From positions 4,340,001-4,404,000 of the forward strand of contig OX597825.1 in the NCBI GenBank assembly GCA_951406725.2: DNA of 64,000 bases. The letters run 5' to 3'. This document shows positions 13,573 to 28,832 of this stretch, piece by piece. The DNA comes from Octopus vulgaris (taxonomy: Eukaryota). Within the stretch, counting starts at the first letter, position 1; each line of letters starts with the position of its first letter. The notes below the pieces were generated by a model, which saw only the letters and a list, made by a program, of their open reading frames with translations, did not search any database and was not told where the DNA came from. The translations under genes and the position numbers were made by a program.

Positions 13573-14925
13573 CCTTAATAAATGTCAATGATAGAAATTT
13601 AAAGTAAGATTAGTTTGATATTTTGCACTTAAGTTTATATGTAAAAGGAGATTGTAAAGAGTTGTACTAAGCGAAAACTGAACGGCACAAAATACTCTTA
13701 TTACACGATCCGATTTGCTGCTGCGAAAAATAATGCGACCAATTTCAGTCTGCATTCAGAATTATGTGATATCATTTTCCAATGAATTGATATCAACAAT
13801 AGTCATTCCTATATAGTTCTGCGTCTCTTACATAACGCGATTGAACCGTATAATTATCAATATACTCCTTTCCTGCTTTATGCTTGGTTACACAATGTTT
13901 CAGGAAATTGTTGGTTCCTCATAGACAAAGACCTTCTCCGAAATTGAAACTTAAACATTGAAAACACGACGAGAATGGCAGCGTATATCCCTTTTATTGT
14001 CCCATTAAATATTATGGAATTCATATTTACCTTCTGAATTTGGAATTATAACATTTACACAAAAGCTACCGAAATGATATCTGAATGATATTTACCGAAT
14101 GTACCAATTAAAGTCTGAATCCATTTTTAAGGAAAAAAACTTAAATAGAGAAAACACTCTCCTTTAATTAGCAACTGCACAGGTTTATAATTACTTCTCA
14201 TATTACAGAACCATCGAAAATTAAATTCACTGAACCACATTTCCAAATAAAAGGAAAATAAAAACGGGTTTATATCATATTTAATATGTAATTTTTATTC
14301 ATTGAAAAATCACGAATAGCATGTTTATGTATTAGTTGTTGGAGATTTATACTTACTATAGAGGACCCCCCTGCTTGAACCGCCGAAGTGTTTCGTAGTC
14401 TATGAGGTAGAGATACAATGCGTCCCGATTGTCTTTGATGCTGATATAGTTTAGAAAATATGCTTTCCTGCATGTAGTAAAAAGTTTGCTTCCCAACCAA
14501 ATGGATTCTGCTTTAGTCCCCTTGCATGGCAGCTGCGGCAAATATCTTCTACTATAGCCCCCGGGTGGCTAAAACCGTGTAAGGGAATTGTGTTCACGGA
14601 AACCCACAGAAGCTCATCGCTGAATTTGCTCCGGGATAGCTCACTACACAAAGAAAGCCCTAATGTTACAATTCAGACGAGACAATTCGCTTCGAAATGA
14701 GTCGAGAGCGGTAGACACCGATATTCTTTCATTATTGTGACCTATATCAGTACCAAGCACTCGGATCAAACCGAGACGAATGGAATCTCGGGTCCATTAC
14801 TTTTATACAAACACAGTAAAATCTCTTTGCCGATATGCCATGGCGTTGTACACGTGAAAGCAAATTAAATCACGAATCAAAAGCAGGTGTATTACGGTAA
14901 ACATTACTGATCGCACATACAGGAA

Positions 14926-14960
<35 letters not shown>

Positions 14961-15629
14961 GTTCATACGCCGGATATGCTGCGGGATAGTTCTCTACACA
15001 ACGCCGAGAGTGTTAAAGGACACCGAAATCTCATAGACTTGGCGAGACACTCTATACTCAAAATTCTGCACCAATTTATTCAAGTAGGCGGGAACTATAA
15101 ACGACTAAAATATGTAGAAATTCTTTTGCGCTTCCTTACTAGAATTAGTAGAGCGTCACTTAAAATGCCTCGTATATATTTTCTGTTACTCAAAATTCCG
15201 AGTTAATACCTCAGTGACATCGAGTTTGCCTTTCCTTATCATGGTGACCATAAAAATTCCTAATCAACAGCGGCAAGATAGTAGGATTTCAAGCACATCA
15301 GATTACTTGCTGCGGATTACTTGCTGCGCGCGTGCGTTTGTGTGTGTATGTCTGCGCATATAACCATGTTTGGATGTCAAATCGTCATCTAGTTTGAAAC
15401 TATTTGATGTAATTTCCGAATCGTATGAGTAAATACAAGTAGTGGATAAATCCTTCTCAACCAACAGGGTACAGTCTTACAGAAGAGCATATTCGATGGT
15501 TCAATAAAGGATATAGAATTGCTGTTCAAGAAAGCACCTTTTTTCAATGCTTTCGAACGTACGTCAGACAGATTCAGGACCGTTATTTGACGCAACTGGA
15601 AATAAGAATTCCAAAATTTGGACAAATCC

Positions 15630-15912
15630 AGTAATTTCATGAGGGGAGGAAGTCAATTACATCAGGCCCAGCGCGCAGCTAGTATTTATTTCATCGGCCT
15701 GAAAGAAAGGTAAAGTCGACTACGGCAGAATTTGATCTGAGGGAGAAACAAAAAGTCGACTACATCGACCCCTGTATTTAACTGTTACTATCGACCTCGA
15801 GTGGATGACTGTCAACCTCGGCGGAAATTTGAACTCAGAACGCCAGACCGGACAAAATGCCGCTAACCATTTTGTCCGTCCTACAGACGACTCTGGCAGC
15901 ACACCGCCTTCG
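15630..15912 (-). mobile_element. SINE family A, decayed, with internal duplication
   Basis: Two partial GTC(G/A)AC(C/T)..GGC(A/G)GAA..TTTGA blocks, plus a head ending CTGGCAGCACACCGCC. Confidence 0.75.
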
Positions 15913-16658
15913 CAGCAACAAATATTAATAGCAGCGTAGGTACATACCAGACATATACTGCAATCAATTATTGATTTATTAAAGCGCCACTATATCAATT
16001 AACATCTTACTTTTATTACAATCATTATTAGTGTTGTCAACATGTATAATTTTCAGGTCTTTCTTTAATTTTCTTTTAAATAAAATTTACGACTCTTTAT
16101 ATGAAAGCATATTAAAAATGGTTTCCGAAAGAGACGCAGAATGTATTTGGGAAACCAAAATTTCTAACACGAATTTACATTTTGTATGCTTTAAACGTTA
16201 CTAAATCTATAAATATTAGATGAAAGCAAGAATCAGTGATTCAGATTTTCTTTATGTTATTGAGTAATTGCTTGTCTTTATGTTTGCTTATTTTATTTGT
16301 ATTTTATTTGCTTTCTTCAACTAAATTCCATAAACCACATTAAGTACAAGTTTCGTGGTTAATATAGCAGAGTTTCAACAGTTCGTTAAATCATTCTGTC
16401 GGTAAAATTCCATGGGATAATCCATCACAGCAACAAATAAATTTGGTAATTAAGTAAGTATACTGTTCCTTTTACAGAGAAATAATGTGCAAACACCTGT
16501 TTCAATCATCATTAACGCACTGTGTCAAAACGAGTTTCTTTCGGAAATGTGTATAATTCAAGAGAATGAAATATTCTATGAGGAAACCAAACTCAAACGA
16601 ATGGGAATATTCTCACCAAGTTTTGACGTAACTTAAAGCTACTACTTCTACCTACTTT

Positions 16659-16697
<39 letters not shown>

Positions 16698-16789
16698 GTC
16701 TTTCTCTCTCCCCATTTCTCTTTACGTCTCTCTCAATCTCTTCTCATTGACTCGCTTTTATTTCCTTTTTTCACTCTTTCTCAATCTTC

Positions 16790-17990
16790 TAATGTCACTG
16801 TTCTGTCTTAGAGATACCACCTTCCGTTCTACGTTTTCCCATATTCACACCATTGACTGTTAAATTCCTCAACTCCTCCTCCTCCTCCTCCTCCTCCTCC
16901 TCTTTTCTCTCGGCTTTCCCCCTCTCCTTGCGCACAACATCTTTTGCTTCATCCACAAACCATCTATTTATCAATTTCACCCTATCTTTCAAAATTCGAA
17001 AACTGCCTTCAATTTCCCATTCTTCACCCTCCAGCAGCTGCGACTCCTCACTTCCATAATCTTTAATCATCTGCTTCTACACTTCCTCCACTCCACTTTC
17101 CCATCACACCCATAATTTTTCTGCCATCTTTTCTCACCTTTAATACTTTCAAGTTCAAAGAGGTTTTTATGGATGATGGTTACAACGCTTCGATTTCTTC
17201 AAGCCGTCAGGATGCACTAGCATCTCCCCTACAGAAGTCTTTGTCCTCATTTTCGTTCGAGGTTTGGGAAGATATCGTCATCAAAGCAGCAGATAAGTGT
17301 GATGGTGTGCTCAGGAACGGTTCCTTTTATCGTGCTTTGACCCCTGAACACTAACCCTGATTTCAACAATACTTTGTACAGTTATTCTAAACCATCTGCT
17401 TGCCGCCAACGACGGCAGTGGAAGTTAGGATTTCTATACCGTCATCACCAAAACAGTCCCATCAGGGCCCTCAAAAATGCCTTTGCCTTCGGAGCTATTC
17501 TGTATCGTTGCACTCCATCCAAATCCTTCTAGATTGTTCACACACTTTCGTTTCGCTTTCACGAGTAAGGATTTCCCAAAAATCAGTGGTGTGCCATGGG
17601 CACGAAAGTAACACCAACCACAACAAATTAATCGCTGCCGACACCAACACCGAACTGTTTCCCGATTCACTACATAGACGACTACAGCGGAGCTATCTAT
17701 TTCGACCGTGAGGAGCTAAACTTTTTCATTTCTTTCGTTTGCTCCTTCCACACCTTGCCCCCTTATCTACGATATCTTCCTCAATATTCTCGACATATTG
17801 TCTTTTGTCGACAATACTCGCGCTCTCCATTTCCGTCATCTCCAAACACACCGAACTCCTAACTTTAATTGATCGCCTTTCATTAAACGGCAGTTTCACG
17901 CTCCCGTAATATTGATCATATTACAACCCTTAGACGCCACATCCGGAACTCAACTCACCTTTTATTCTTTCTCTCGCATATAAATCTGTC
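16790..17990 (-). mobile_element. Possible decayed LINE 5' region/ORF1
   Basis: About 1.2 kb that is GC-richer and purine-skewed on the minus strand, with broken coding-like frames (E/K-rich stretch, NNLEGFGWSATIQ, IEILTSTAVVGGK). No diagnostic motif is intact. Confidence 0.35.
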
Positions 17991-18079
17991 AAATTTCACC
18001 TGCAAAGCGATATCTACCAACTCTTTTATCCATTCCAGTATTCATGTGTGTGTGCGTGTTCATGGTTGCATGTATACAT

Positions 18080-18192
<113 letters not shown>

Positions 18193-18321
18193 TATCTGTG
18201 TGGCTGTGTACTTAGAGGAAACCTAAATGGAGAAATTATCAGTGAGACTGATTTGTTTATATAGAGACATATGCACAAAGAAATTTATTAGTTATATCAA
18301 ATTCCTCTCTATCTCTCTCTT

Positions 18322-18376
<55 letters not shown>

Positions 18377-18904
18377 TACGCAGACATACATATAATTCAT
18401 AGATACATACTTACATTCACATTACCTCGAATCTTGTTTATAGAAAGTGTGTCGTAATCCAATGCACATTTTCTAAATATGGAAGACAAATTCAAACTTT
18501 TAGAATTGTAAAAATAAATGAAAAAGAAAAACGTTTATGGATGTAACATTAAATATTCATAAGCTTGAATTAAGCTTACATGCATCGAATTGTCAGCATT
18601 TATAAGGAAAATATAAAGTCTTCATATAAAGAAATGTGAATGCAATTCTATTTTTTCCCTTGCAAAATACGAACAATATTTCTTTCGTTTCTTTAAAATT
18701 AAATTTGCGATTACAATATTGCCATGACAGCGATAAAAGCAAGAAAAATGTTGATTTACTTTTAAATGTAGATACCTTGGGAAGGTACAGTTAATTACTT
18801 GAATGCAAGCTATAGAGAGTAGCTCCAGTCTTGAAGTAAAATTGTATCCAAGAGAACGAAGTTCGGCTGCAAATTTCATAGACTGACCAAATAACCCTAC
18901 GGGA

Positions 18905-19760
18905 ATGTGAACAGATGAGGTTCATTTTTCAATATAGTCACCTCTTTTCACACATTTCTTGCATTGGTTTTGCAGTGCTTGAATCCAGTAGGTGAAGTAG
19001 GTGACAAATGTTATTCAGATGGTACTAAATCAGGATAGAGAGGGTGATCAACACGTTCAAATCACAGTTATGCACAGAAGCTATTGATATTAAGTATCTT
19101 CGTGTTGGAGCACTGTCGTGATAGAACAAGACACTTTTCGTCCCTTTTCCTGGACGTTTGGTTGTGCTAGCCTTTCGTAATTGCCCTAGAAAGTTGGCAT
19201 ATTACTCTCCATTGATGTGGCCCTTTTAAACATAATGCCTTTTGCATCTCGAAAAACGGAAGTCATCTCATTCTCTGCAGGTGAAATAACCTGGATTTGC
19301 ATCAAATAATGTCAGATTTTTTTTCCGCAGTGTATACAACCTGATGTGCTTTTGATCAGGCTTCTGAAAATATACTCAACTTTCTAACGGGAGTTGCTTT
19401 TAGCATTGTCATTTTGATTTATATTCAATCACCCGGTCAGCATGTGGTGGACAAGATCAGTAATTCCCTCCGTGGTACAGTTGCAAGACACCCAGACCTT
19501 GGGTCATCTTCAACACTCCACGTTCCCTTCTATAATCCCGCTTCCCCCATTTGCACTGCTGTAAAACTATGAGCGTCATTCCCAATCTATCAACCACGAA
19601 TGCATGAATGTCCCTGAAGGCTAAACCCTTTTATTGCAAGTACTTGTAAACAATGATTCCGAATATATTCCGTTTTCAAGAGATGTCACTATTAGCATCT
19701 TTTGAAGTCTTCTTTGAATCGACCAACAGAATAAGTACAAGGCCACGTTTGACAAAAAGT
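18905..19760 (-). mobile_element. Degenerate internally deleted mariner element
   Basis: Minus strand: KYLQ*KGLAFRDIHA..SVEDDPRSG..TDLVHHML (N-terminal HTH) and KKCVKRGDYIEK* (mariner C-terminus, about 18925-18962). Confidence 0.85.
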
Positions 19761-21943
19761 ATTTACGGTATTACTCCAGTATAACCGCTGTCTAATGACG
19801 GAAACAACAAGCGAACGATAAATGGTTTTTGTGTGTGAGTGTGTGTGTGTGTGTATGTGTGTATGTGTGTGTGTGTGTGTATGCAATCTTTTTCTCCTTT
19901 CAATCACTGGACTGAATCTATGCATGGACACTGCTTTATACCGGAATAGAAACTGTGACAGTAGAATATATGTCTTATTCTGATCGCTTTTATTTCCAGC
20001 ATCATAAGTTTCCAAACTTGTTTCAGACAAATACCATTGTTATAATTGTTTGTATGTTGTGTAAAGTCAATAAAATCATTTTAATTGAAATCACCAAACA
20101 TTTTAACAACAGAGTAGATAAAACAATGTCGATTATATACGTGTTCAATTACCTTAATTAGCTCTAATAACTCAAGTGATATTGTATCAATTCGTTATAA
20201 AGTATCTCGAATAATCACTAAAGTAACCTGTGTAACTATATTCTTTGAGATTTTAACATTTGCCTTTTATTTATATTCTTGTTCTCCAATAGATTCGCAG
20301 AATTACTAAAGAGACGGACTAATCCAAAACTTGTGACATTTAAATTCTGAGCTCAAATCTTGCCACTGTTTATGTGTCCTACGCCTGCCTATAAGCAATT
20401 ATGTATCAATCATGTAAATATCTTTTTCAAGGATTTAAATTACCGCCTTTCTCCTAATAACCGGACCCATTCAACACATGAATAGGCCTTTATTTGAAGT
20501 TAATTTCTTACCGTTTATCTTTTATTTTTATTTTTATTATTGTTATTATTATTTATTTTAAGAAAAAGAAAATATGTTTATAGATATCATTAGCCGCTCA
20601 GCACATACGTTGTCCCATTCAACAATGCATTGGTAGCATCTATTGTTATTTATAACTATATATGTGTGTTTCTGTGTGTGTGCGTGTGTGTGTGTGTGTG
20701 TGTGTGCGTGCGTGTGTGTGTGCTTGGGTGCGTATATATATATATATATAATCTTTGAGGGATTTAGAGACAAAAATGTTCCCATTTATTTGGTCAGTGG
20801 GTCACTTTTTAAAACAATATTTTCGAACGGTGAGTTCAGCCACTCCAACTAACCGAGCAGTTGATAAAGGACAATAACCCAGAAAAAGGTCCACATATAT
20901 TGTCTTGTGCTGGAAAGGAGTGCTGGAACCCCTGTTCTAAAATATAAGGACACAGATATTGTGCCGTATAGACAGATGGCAACGGTGTTTCCTTGAGCTA
21001 AACGACACTAACAATCGTCTATCGCATTTTCCTGCATAAACATATATAGAGCACAAAGTCATTTTCATTTGATACTTACCTCTTGCACATTTTGTCATTT
21101 GTGTGGCAATTATTGATATCCTGGCTTTGTTCTTCGCTCGTAAACATAGCAATGCTGGCAACGTGAGCAAATGAGATGTATCTTTTAATCGATTACCTCT
21201 TAATAGGGAGAGCGTTTCGGTTTTCATAAAAGAATTCTGGCTGTGCTTATACATGTATTCGTTAGCTACATTGAGTATCATCTTTAATATTTTATATTTA
21301 GCATCGGTTTACGTGTTTATATATAAAAAAAATGCTGGGGTTAATTCGCCTTTTCAGTTCTGTCGTTTAGTTTTCTTTCCGATAAACAGGTTTGGCCAAT
21401 GCGCACCAATATGGTGTTCATAAAAAAAAAAAATTTCTGTGTACATTGACAATGTTTAATGCAGACACTCCTATTCTAAGCCAACGTAATAAAGTACACG
21501 ACCAAATGTTTCATGGCCGTTTATTAGTGAAGCAAAAAATACAAACAAACAAAAAATAAAATAAAACACAGAGAATTTTTCCATAAGATAATCATACGAG
21601 AAAATATTTTGTATGAAGAGCTCTTTGAAAGGAAATGTGACCAATCACAGAGAGCATTAACCAGCATCACCAATAACGAAAAACAAACACAAACGACAAA
21701 ACAACATGAGCAATGATGATGATAAGAAGATGAAGAAGAAAAGTTGAAACAGAAAAAGGAGAAGAAAAAAATGATGATGATGATGATGATGACCATGGCG
21801 ACGATGGCTTCTATTAAATACAAACACGAAAACTTTCAAGTACACACAAGACAAATGTTTTGAGGCGTAAATATATCAACGAAATATCAAGTAAAAATAG
21901 ATTGTGTTATACACATATGAATATATATGTATATATATGTATG

Positions 21944-22047
<104 letters not shown>

Positions 22048-23640
22048 TAGATATATATAAGAGAGATAGAGAGATAGAGAGAGAGGTGTATACGTTCACA
22101 TGTACCCACACGTACATGCACACATACATAAATATATCATTTGGATGCGTTAGTTTGAGTCGCCTAGAGATTCCGATCGCAAATGCTGTGTACCTGGTTC
22201 GGTTCTATTCTGTGGTCTTTGGTGCAATTATCTTTTAACTAAAGAGTCGCTTTAACCAAAATTTTCTGAATATATTCCCTCAAAAGCATTTCAACTAAAT
22301 CCTACATTCCAAAATTATTACACTTTATCAAGTGGACGCTATCTAAGTATAACGGCAGAATTTTAAGTAAATAACGATTCAATTCAATGATGATATTGTG
22401 CAGTTCATCAAACGAATTGGTTTCAAATATCCGTAATGGTGAAAGGCAAAGTCGACTATGACGGAATTTGAACTGAAAACGTTAAGATGGACAAAACGTC
22501 CTGTCAAGGAAACCCGCGCAATGATTTCAGAATTCAATGCATAAAGTGGAATCCAGCAGAGACACCACCAATCTAAGTACAAGGTATTACGATAAGAGTT
22601 CAAATATTACGAAATATTACTTAATCTTTTATTTATCTGAGTTCCACAAAATAAGTACATTCGAATTTAATTTGTTTAATTATTCATTTCCTAATATCTG
22701 CGCATGTATCAGTGCAAGAAACGATTATCAATATAATCCTTATCTTTTCCCTCTGTTTTCCTATACTGCGTTGTTATCTTCATTATCTCTCTCAGTATCA
22801 GTCTTATTTCGTAATAGTATCAGTAGCATCGCTGCTATTATAGTTTGTCTCTCTTTAATGGTAAATGTGAGTTGCGTGTGTTGATATGTAACACAATGAT
22901 TTCCATTACACTGCAGATTGCCTTCAGCATTCTAAAACCATCATTCAACAATATATTCAAAAATGTTTTCAACAAACAATTTTATTGTTTGCTTGATTTG
23001 AAAACAGAATTAAAGAGAGAAATTATGTGTAAAATATGTTAAAAGGTAGGTTAGAAGAAAGGCTTTGAATACATTGTTTTCAAATGAACTTCAATCTATT
23101 TAATTCATTCGCTTTTGTTTGCATTGTTATACACCCCCACCGTTAGGTCTCTTTAGGGTGAATTGCATTTATTCTATAGCGTTATTATCTGAATGTTAAA
23201 ATTCATGTAACTACTATGAAGGCCTGCAATCTACAGTAAAAGAGATTTTAGTTTTCCTTTCATACGCATCATACATAAAGCATTGGCAAGCATGTGTTAT
23301 TGTATAGATCACATAAAACGATGGATTAAAAGTATCATTTGTGTGTCTTTGTGGGGGCGAAGTCTTTCCGTTAGTTGTTCAGTGTTTTTGCCATTCTGAG
23401 TTCAAATACAACCTAAGTCACCATTACGTTTTCTCCAACTGAATTTGATAAAATATCACGAATAATTAAGTGCTTTGGTTGACGTAATTGGCACCCCTCC
23501 CATCAGAAATGCTGTTTTCGTGTCTGAATTAGACTTGTTACGCGTATCACAAAATAACATGTTGAATAAAGATTCAATGTGGATTGCGAAAGAGACCAAT
23601 GCCAGTTCGAAAGGCAAACGAGCAACAATGCAAACCTACC

Positions 23641-23692
<52 letters not shown>

Positions 23693-23774
23693 AACACTCG
23701 CCGCACACTCACACACTCACATACACACACAAATACATACATATATATATACATCTGCATGTGTGTGCACACAC

Positions 23775-23817
<43 letters not shown>

Positions 23818-23981
23818 TGTGTATGAATAAAAATAATTTCACCCCGTTTTAACGTCTAATCTGTATTTACGAAAAATGATTGAATTTGTTGAAGTTTGTT
23901 TCATAAGTTAAATCATATACTTAATATACTTGTGTGTGTGTGAGTGTGTGTGAGTGTGTGTGTGTGTGTGTGTTTGCGCGC

Positions 23982-24022
<41 letters not shown>

Positions 24023-25201
24023 CGAGTATGTAGATTTTCGCCAGTATTAACAATACGTTGATTCTGAAATTAAGTCTTTATGTGCTAAGGTTTTCTCCTC
24101 ATTTTTTCAGAGACTTTTAATTGCCGAACGCATACATTTCAGCTTTTCAATACAGTGTATAATATATCGTAAAAGCAGGCGATTTAATGGTTAAAATGTT
24201 GGATTCCACCCTCTTTTCTTTGACGGGTTAGCGCGTGTTGTCATTACGCCAGACGATATTAACCGCACGTTGTGTCAGTCTCCTGTAACGTAATGAGAAG
24301 CACCAACCAAATTCTTGTGCTGCCTGTTACTGTTTCCTCCGGCTGTCATGTTCTGTACGATCTGCTTGTTCAAGATCAGGTGTGCGAAATGAATGTCTAA
24401 TTTGCCTGCGACTACATCGATGTTAAAACCATTGCGAACACTATGAAGCATGGAACCTTATTCACTTACGAGTAACAACATCACGTATTTCAATTATCTA
24501 AATTTGTGCACTGACATACTTAATTCAGATAATATTTTTGAAATTGTACGAATTTACGGGAGAGAAATCTTGGTAAATTCGTTGAAATCTAAATGGAATG
24601 GTGAAAGTATATTTGCCAAAACATGTTTTGCTAATGATGTCATGTGTAACAAAGTAAACCACGTTAGTAGCTGTCTGTCTTGTTGCCTGATGCTAAAGAT
24701 TAGTTTACTTTCGAAATGAAATTCCAATTTTCTGTTAAATATTTTCGTGTTTATTTGAAATTATTTTGCAATTTCTTTCAGAATTGCTAACAATTGCTTC
24801 TGGGATTTTTGTATCTTTTTCTCTAAATAAAAAGAAAATATAAGTGACTTAATAGTTATTTAGTGATATATTTTTTGCATATGTCTGTCAGTACACCAGC
24901 ATCTGTCTGAACCACACTTTCGTGCGATTCAGGAATTAAATTTATCAGGTTTCAAATTTTATATACGCCTATAATCAAACGCTCTTGCACACAAACTCGA
25001 AAGTACGCACACACACAAACACATGAATGTCAGAAAACTACGCACTTGTACATTTGACTATGGGGTGGGTCTTCTCTAAAGACCATGTGAAACTAACCAA
25101 GCTGTTATCTAATATCCGCTTATGAAATTCACATTCTGAAAGCAATTGGTAAGATTGGCTGAAATGGATTTGTAATTCTACCTTTATTAACACGCACACA
25201 C

Positions 25202-25271
<70 letters not shown>

Positions 25272-25323
25272 TGTGTGTGTCTGTGTGAAACTGGAAAAGA
25301 AGATATATGAACATATGCATACG

Positions 25324-25366
<43 letters not shown>

Positions 25367-25377
25367 TATATATAAAT

Positions 25378-25408
<31 letters not shown>

Positions 25409-26006
25409 TAGATACGTAATTCAAATAAAAGATCAATAGCATTAACAATAACAGGAGGATGTGCACAAGGAATATATTAGTTTAACGTTCAGTAAAAAGA
25501 GTGATTTTCACGTTGGGAGTGAATTTGTTCGCCGATTTATCTATCTATATATCTATCTATCTATTTATCTCTTTCTCTCTCTCTCTATCTATTACACCTC
25601 TATGTATCTATTTACCTATGCATCTATCTATATGTATTTCTGCATGTCTGTATATTTATCTAACTATTTACTTTGATTCTGCAGGCTTTTTACAGAAACC
25701 TTCTTCGTTCAGACAAAGGTAAACGTGATGAGTGTTTGAAACACATCTGTAGCTGGCGCGTTCATTGCAAACATTTATCGTTTTCCTCAATGTATGTATA
25801 CTTATCAATCGGTTACGAAATATTTACTAAAATCTTTACTTCTACGAATGTTTAATGCGTACTATTTTAGTTATACGCTGCCCTTTTTACGGTTGCAACA
25901 ATTGTGGGCAAGCGATGCCTGATTTTGTAGCAACCAATATTGTACACACATGCCTCTTTCATCACTTTTATGATTGGAGTGATAAGGAAAACAAACATGC
26001 ATTTAA

Positions 26007-26106
<100 letters not shown>

Positions 26107-26125
26107 CCACAGAATATATATATAA

Positions 26126-27415
26126 AAGCAAGAGACAGCCTAAATCCATGAAAAGTCTCCTAACACAAGCCCGAATTCACTCTTCAACACAGAAGCCGAC
26201 AGTAGAAAATGTGGAAGACCCAATTGCGGGATATGCAACTATCTAATTGAGGGATCAGAGTTCTCCTTCAAACAGGGACAACGGTTTACAGTGAAAAGCA
26301 ACTTCACATGTAGCTTCGGAGAACCTAATATACTCACTAACCTGCTCCGGTGTCAAGAGCAGTACATAGGCCAAACAAAAAATAGTTTGCGTAAACGAAT
26401 GGCCCTGCACAGATCCCAGATAAAAATTCCCCAAAACAGAAAAATAGCTTTTAGCCAACACATAGATACTTGCGCCAACAAAAACACCAAGCTCAGGATT
26501 TTCCCCCTCTACCAATTTAGGGACGATACAACCTCGAGACAACGAATATGTAAAGAAACTCTCTTTATTACAAAATACAGACCACTTCTTAACGGGTCTA
26601 CGACAAACAATTAATATACCTCAACTTTAGAATAAAAGAAATATTCACACACAAATATTACATTCCAAAGAATCCATTACTAATCACAGCTAAAATCACA
26701 GCTATAACCCATAACATGCCAACTTCAAGCCATACAACACCTCACTACTTTCACCCATTCATATTCTCCCTTCTCTGTTTTTTTCTTCTTCTTCCTCTTC
26801 TTCTTCATCATCATCATTATCATCATCATCGTCGTCATAATCATCACCACCATCACCATCATCGTCATCTTCTCCTTCTCCTTCTTCTTCTTCTTCATCA
26901 TCATCATCATCAACATCGTCATCTTCTTCTTCTTCTTCTTCTTCTTCTTCTTCTTCTTCTTCTTCTTCTTCTTCTACTTCTCCACCTTCTACCCCTTAAC
27001 TTTGTCACTAATGTTTTTTAGTATAACACATACGCAAATTCTATAAACAAGCCTTTCAATAGAAATATTCTCCTGAATTGAACTGCGACTGCCAGCCGCC
27101 ACTGACCATTCAAAATACGACCATCAGGGCACTCCCAGATTCTCCCACCCCCTTTCCTCATCAGCCTTCTTCCTCTACTACCCTACCAAGAACTCACAAC
27201 GACCTCCAACACACAAGTGCAAACAAGGGAGTCAGAGAAAGGCAGAATGCCACTTATATCTGAACACTACTATAGAAATATTCCTTTAAAAAAACTTTCC
27301 TTCTAATTTTTCTAAATTTAATTATTTAATCGTTACAGTTGAAAAGGTCTCAAAATGACCGAAACCGGTACTGAAATTTTCACTATAAATTATTTTAGCA
27401 TTTTCTATTTTTGAC
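26126..27415 (+). mobile_element. Penelope-like element (Neptune-type) 3' part: Cys-rich linker, GIY-YIG endonuclease and 3' pseudo-LTR
   Basis: Across frameshifts: KRQPKSMKSLLTQA..KCGRPNCGICNYL..FTC(A)SENLIYSLTCS/CQEQYIGQTKNSLRKRMALHRSQI..KETLFITKYRPLLN. Flanked by (TA)n. Hammerhead motif near the 3' end. Confidence 0.92.
27336..27373 (+). ncRNA. Minimal type I hammerhead ribozyme (U3-A8 core variant)
   Basis: CAG-TTGAAAA-GGTC-TCAAAAT-GACC-GAAA-CCGG-TA-CTG: stem I CAG/CTG, stem II GGTC/GACC, palindromic ACCGGT stem III, GUA cleavage triplet. Confidence 0.7.
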
Positions 27416-27418
27416 TTG

Positions 27419-27497
<79 letters not shown>

Positions 27498-27537
27498 CAT
27501 ATATATATATATATAAACATATATATATATATATATA

Positions 27538-27606
<69 letters not shown>

Positions 27607-28832
27607 TTATATATAAGAAAAAAGAATATTTCTACTAAAAGTACGTGCTCGCAATTTCCTTTGCATTTCCATATATTCCACCGGCTTTCAGTTAATTCAG
27701 ATAATTATGCAGTTTTTTTAAAGCAATGCGACATTCCACATTTTCAGTATAAGTTTGATCAGACTTTGTGTATACAAGATGTCCACAAATCAACTTTACG
27801 AGTTGAATATTTTAGAAGAAATGAAAAATAGGGAAAGCAGAAGAATAAAGTTTTATTGGGAAGATCTGAACCCTTCCGAGACGTTGAATCATGGACCTCA
27901 ATTTTAACAATAAACTGTGGAAGCCATAAAGATAATTTGTGAACATCGTCTATTATTAATGACTATTAAATTATACTAATTAGTAACAGATTTGGGAAAA
28001 AGGTGGGGTTAGCTCGTCATATTTTTGTTTTAATGAAAGTATCTGACGAGTTTAATCAGATGAAAAATGTTGCTTTAATTAACATTTACATCTGTAATTT
28101 ATTTGTTTTTGTAATCTTTCTTTATCTTTTCCTCTTTTTCTTTCTCCATTTCTCTCTTTCTTTCTCTCTCCCCGCACCTTCTCTCTCTCTACATCTCTCT
28201 TGGCGTGCTTCTTGCATACACACCCCGCACACACACAGACATACATATAAGTTTACAGATTGTTAGTAGTCATGGCCTTGACCATTCATGAACGTATAGG
28301 TCTGGAAGTCGAATGTTCCATTTGTACATCATAAGTCGAGAGTGAATGTTTAGGTTGTGTTTCAGAGTGTAACTGGCAATTCTGGTGAATGTATGAACAA
28401 ACTAGTCGCGGCTGATCTGCTTTGGTCATACATATTTGCTGATGCTTTCCTTAGGATTATGGACTGAAATGTATCGAGATACTTTTTAAACTTCTCGGAG
28501 GATGCATTGGTTACTTCTCAGAGAAAGATAAAATTATTATTTCCAAGATAATATAATGTACTTAATATAATCCATATTATCAAATATGATATTCTTGGCT
28601 TCACAACAAAATATTGAGATTAATCAGAATATTTTTATCATACTTCAAACTTTTTAAACCATCGGGAATAAAGTATTATATAATAAACTCTTATAAACAC
28701 CAACTCAAGCGGGTTTTACTTGAAACATTAATTAATAACAAAACTGAATAAAATTTTATATAATTTCAAGAAAAGTTGGTAAGTAAAGTCTTTATATTAA
28801 ATCCTTGTCATTATTATAATACCGTTGCTAAA

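Noticed and set aside
15301-15328. Exact 14-bp tandem duplication GATTACTTGCTGCG
   Set aside because: Ordinary slippage event with only two units.
18720-18765. TGACAG next to TGATTTAC (Meis plus Pbx/Hox-like sites)
   Set aside because: Short motifs expected by chance in 64 kb of AT-rich DNA. No conservation evidence.
26716-27021. His/Leu-rich ORF
   Set aside because: (CAT)n/(CTT)n microsatellite inside the Penelope 3' region.
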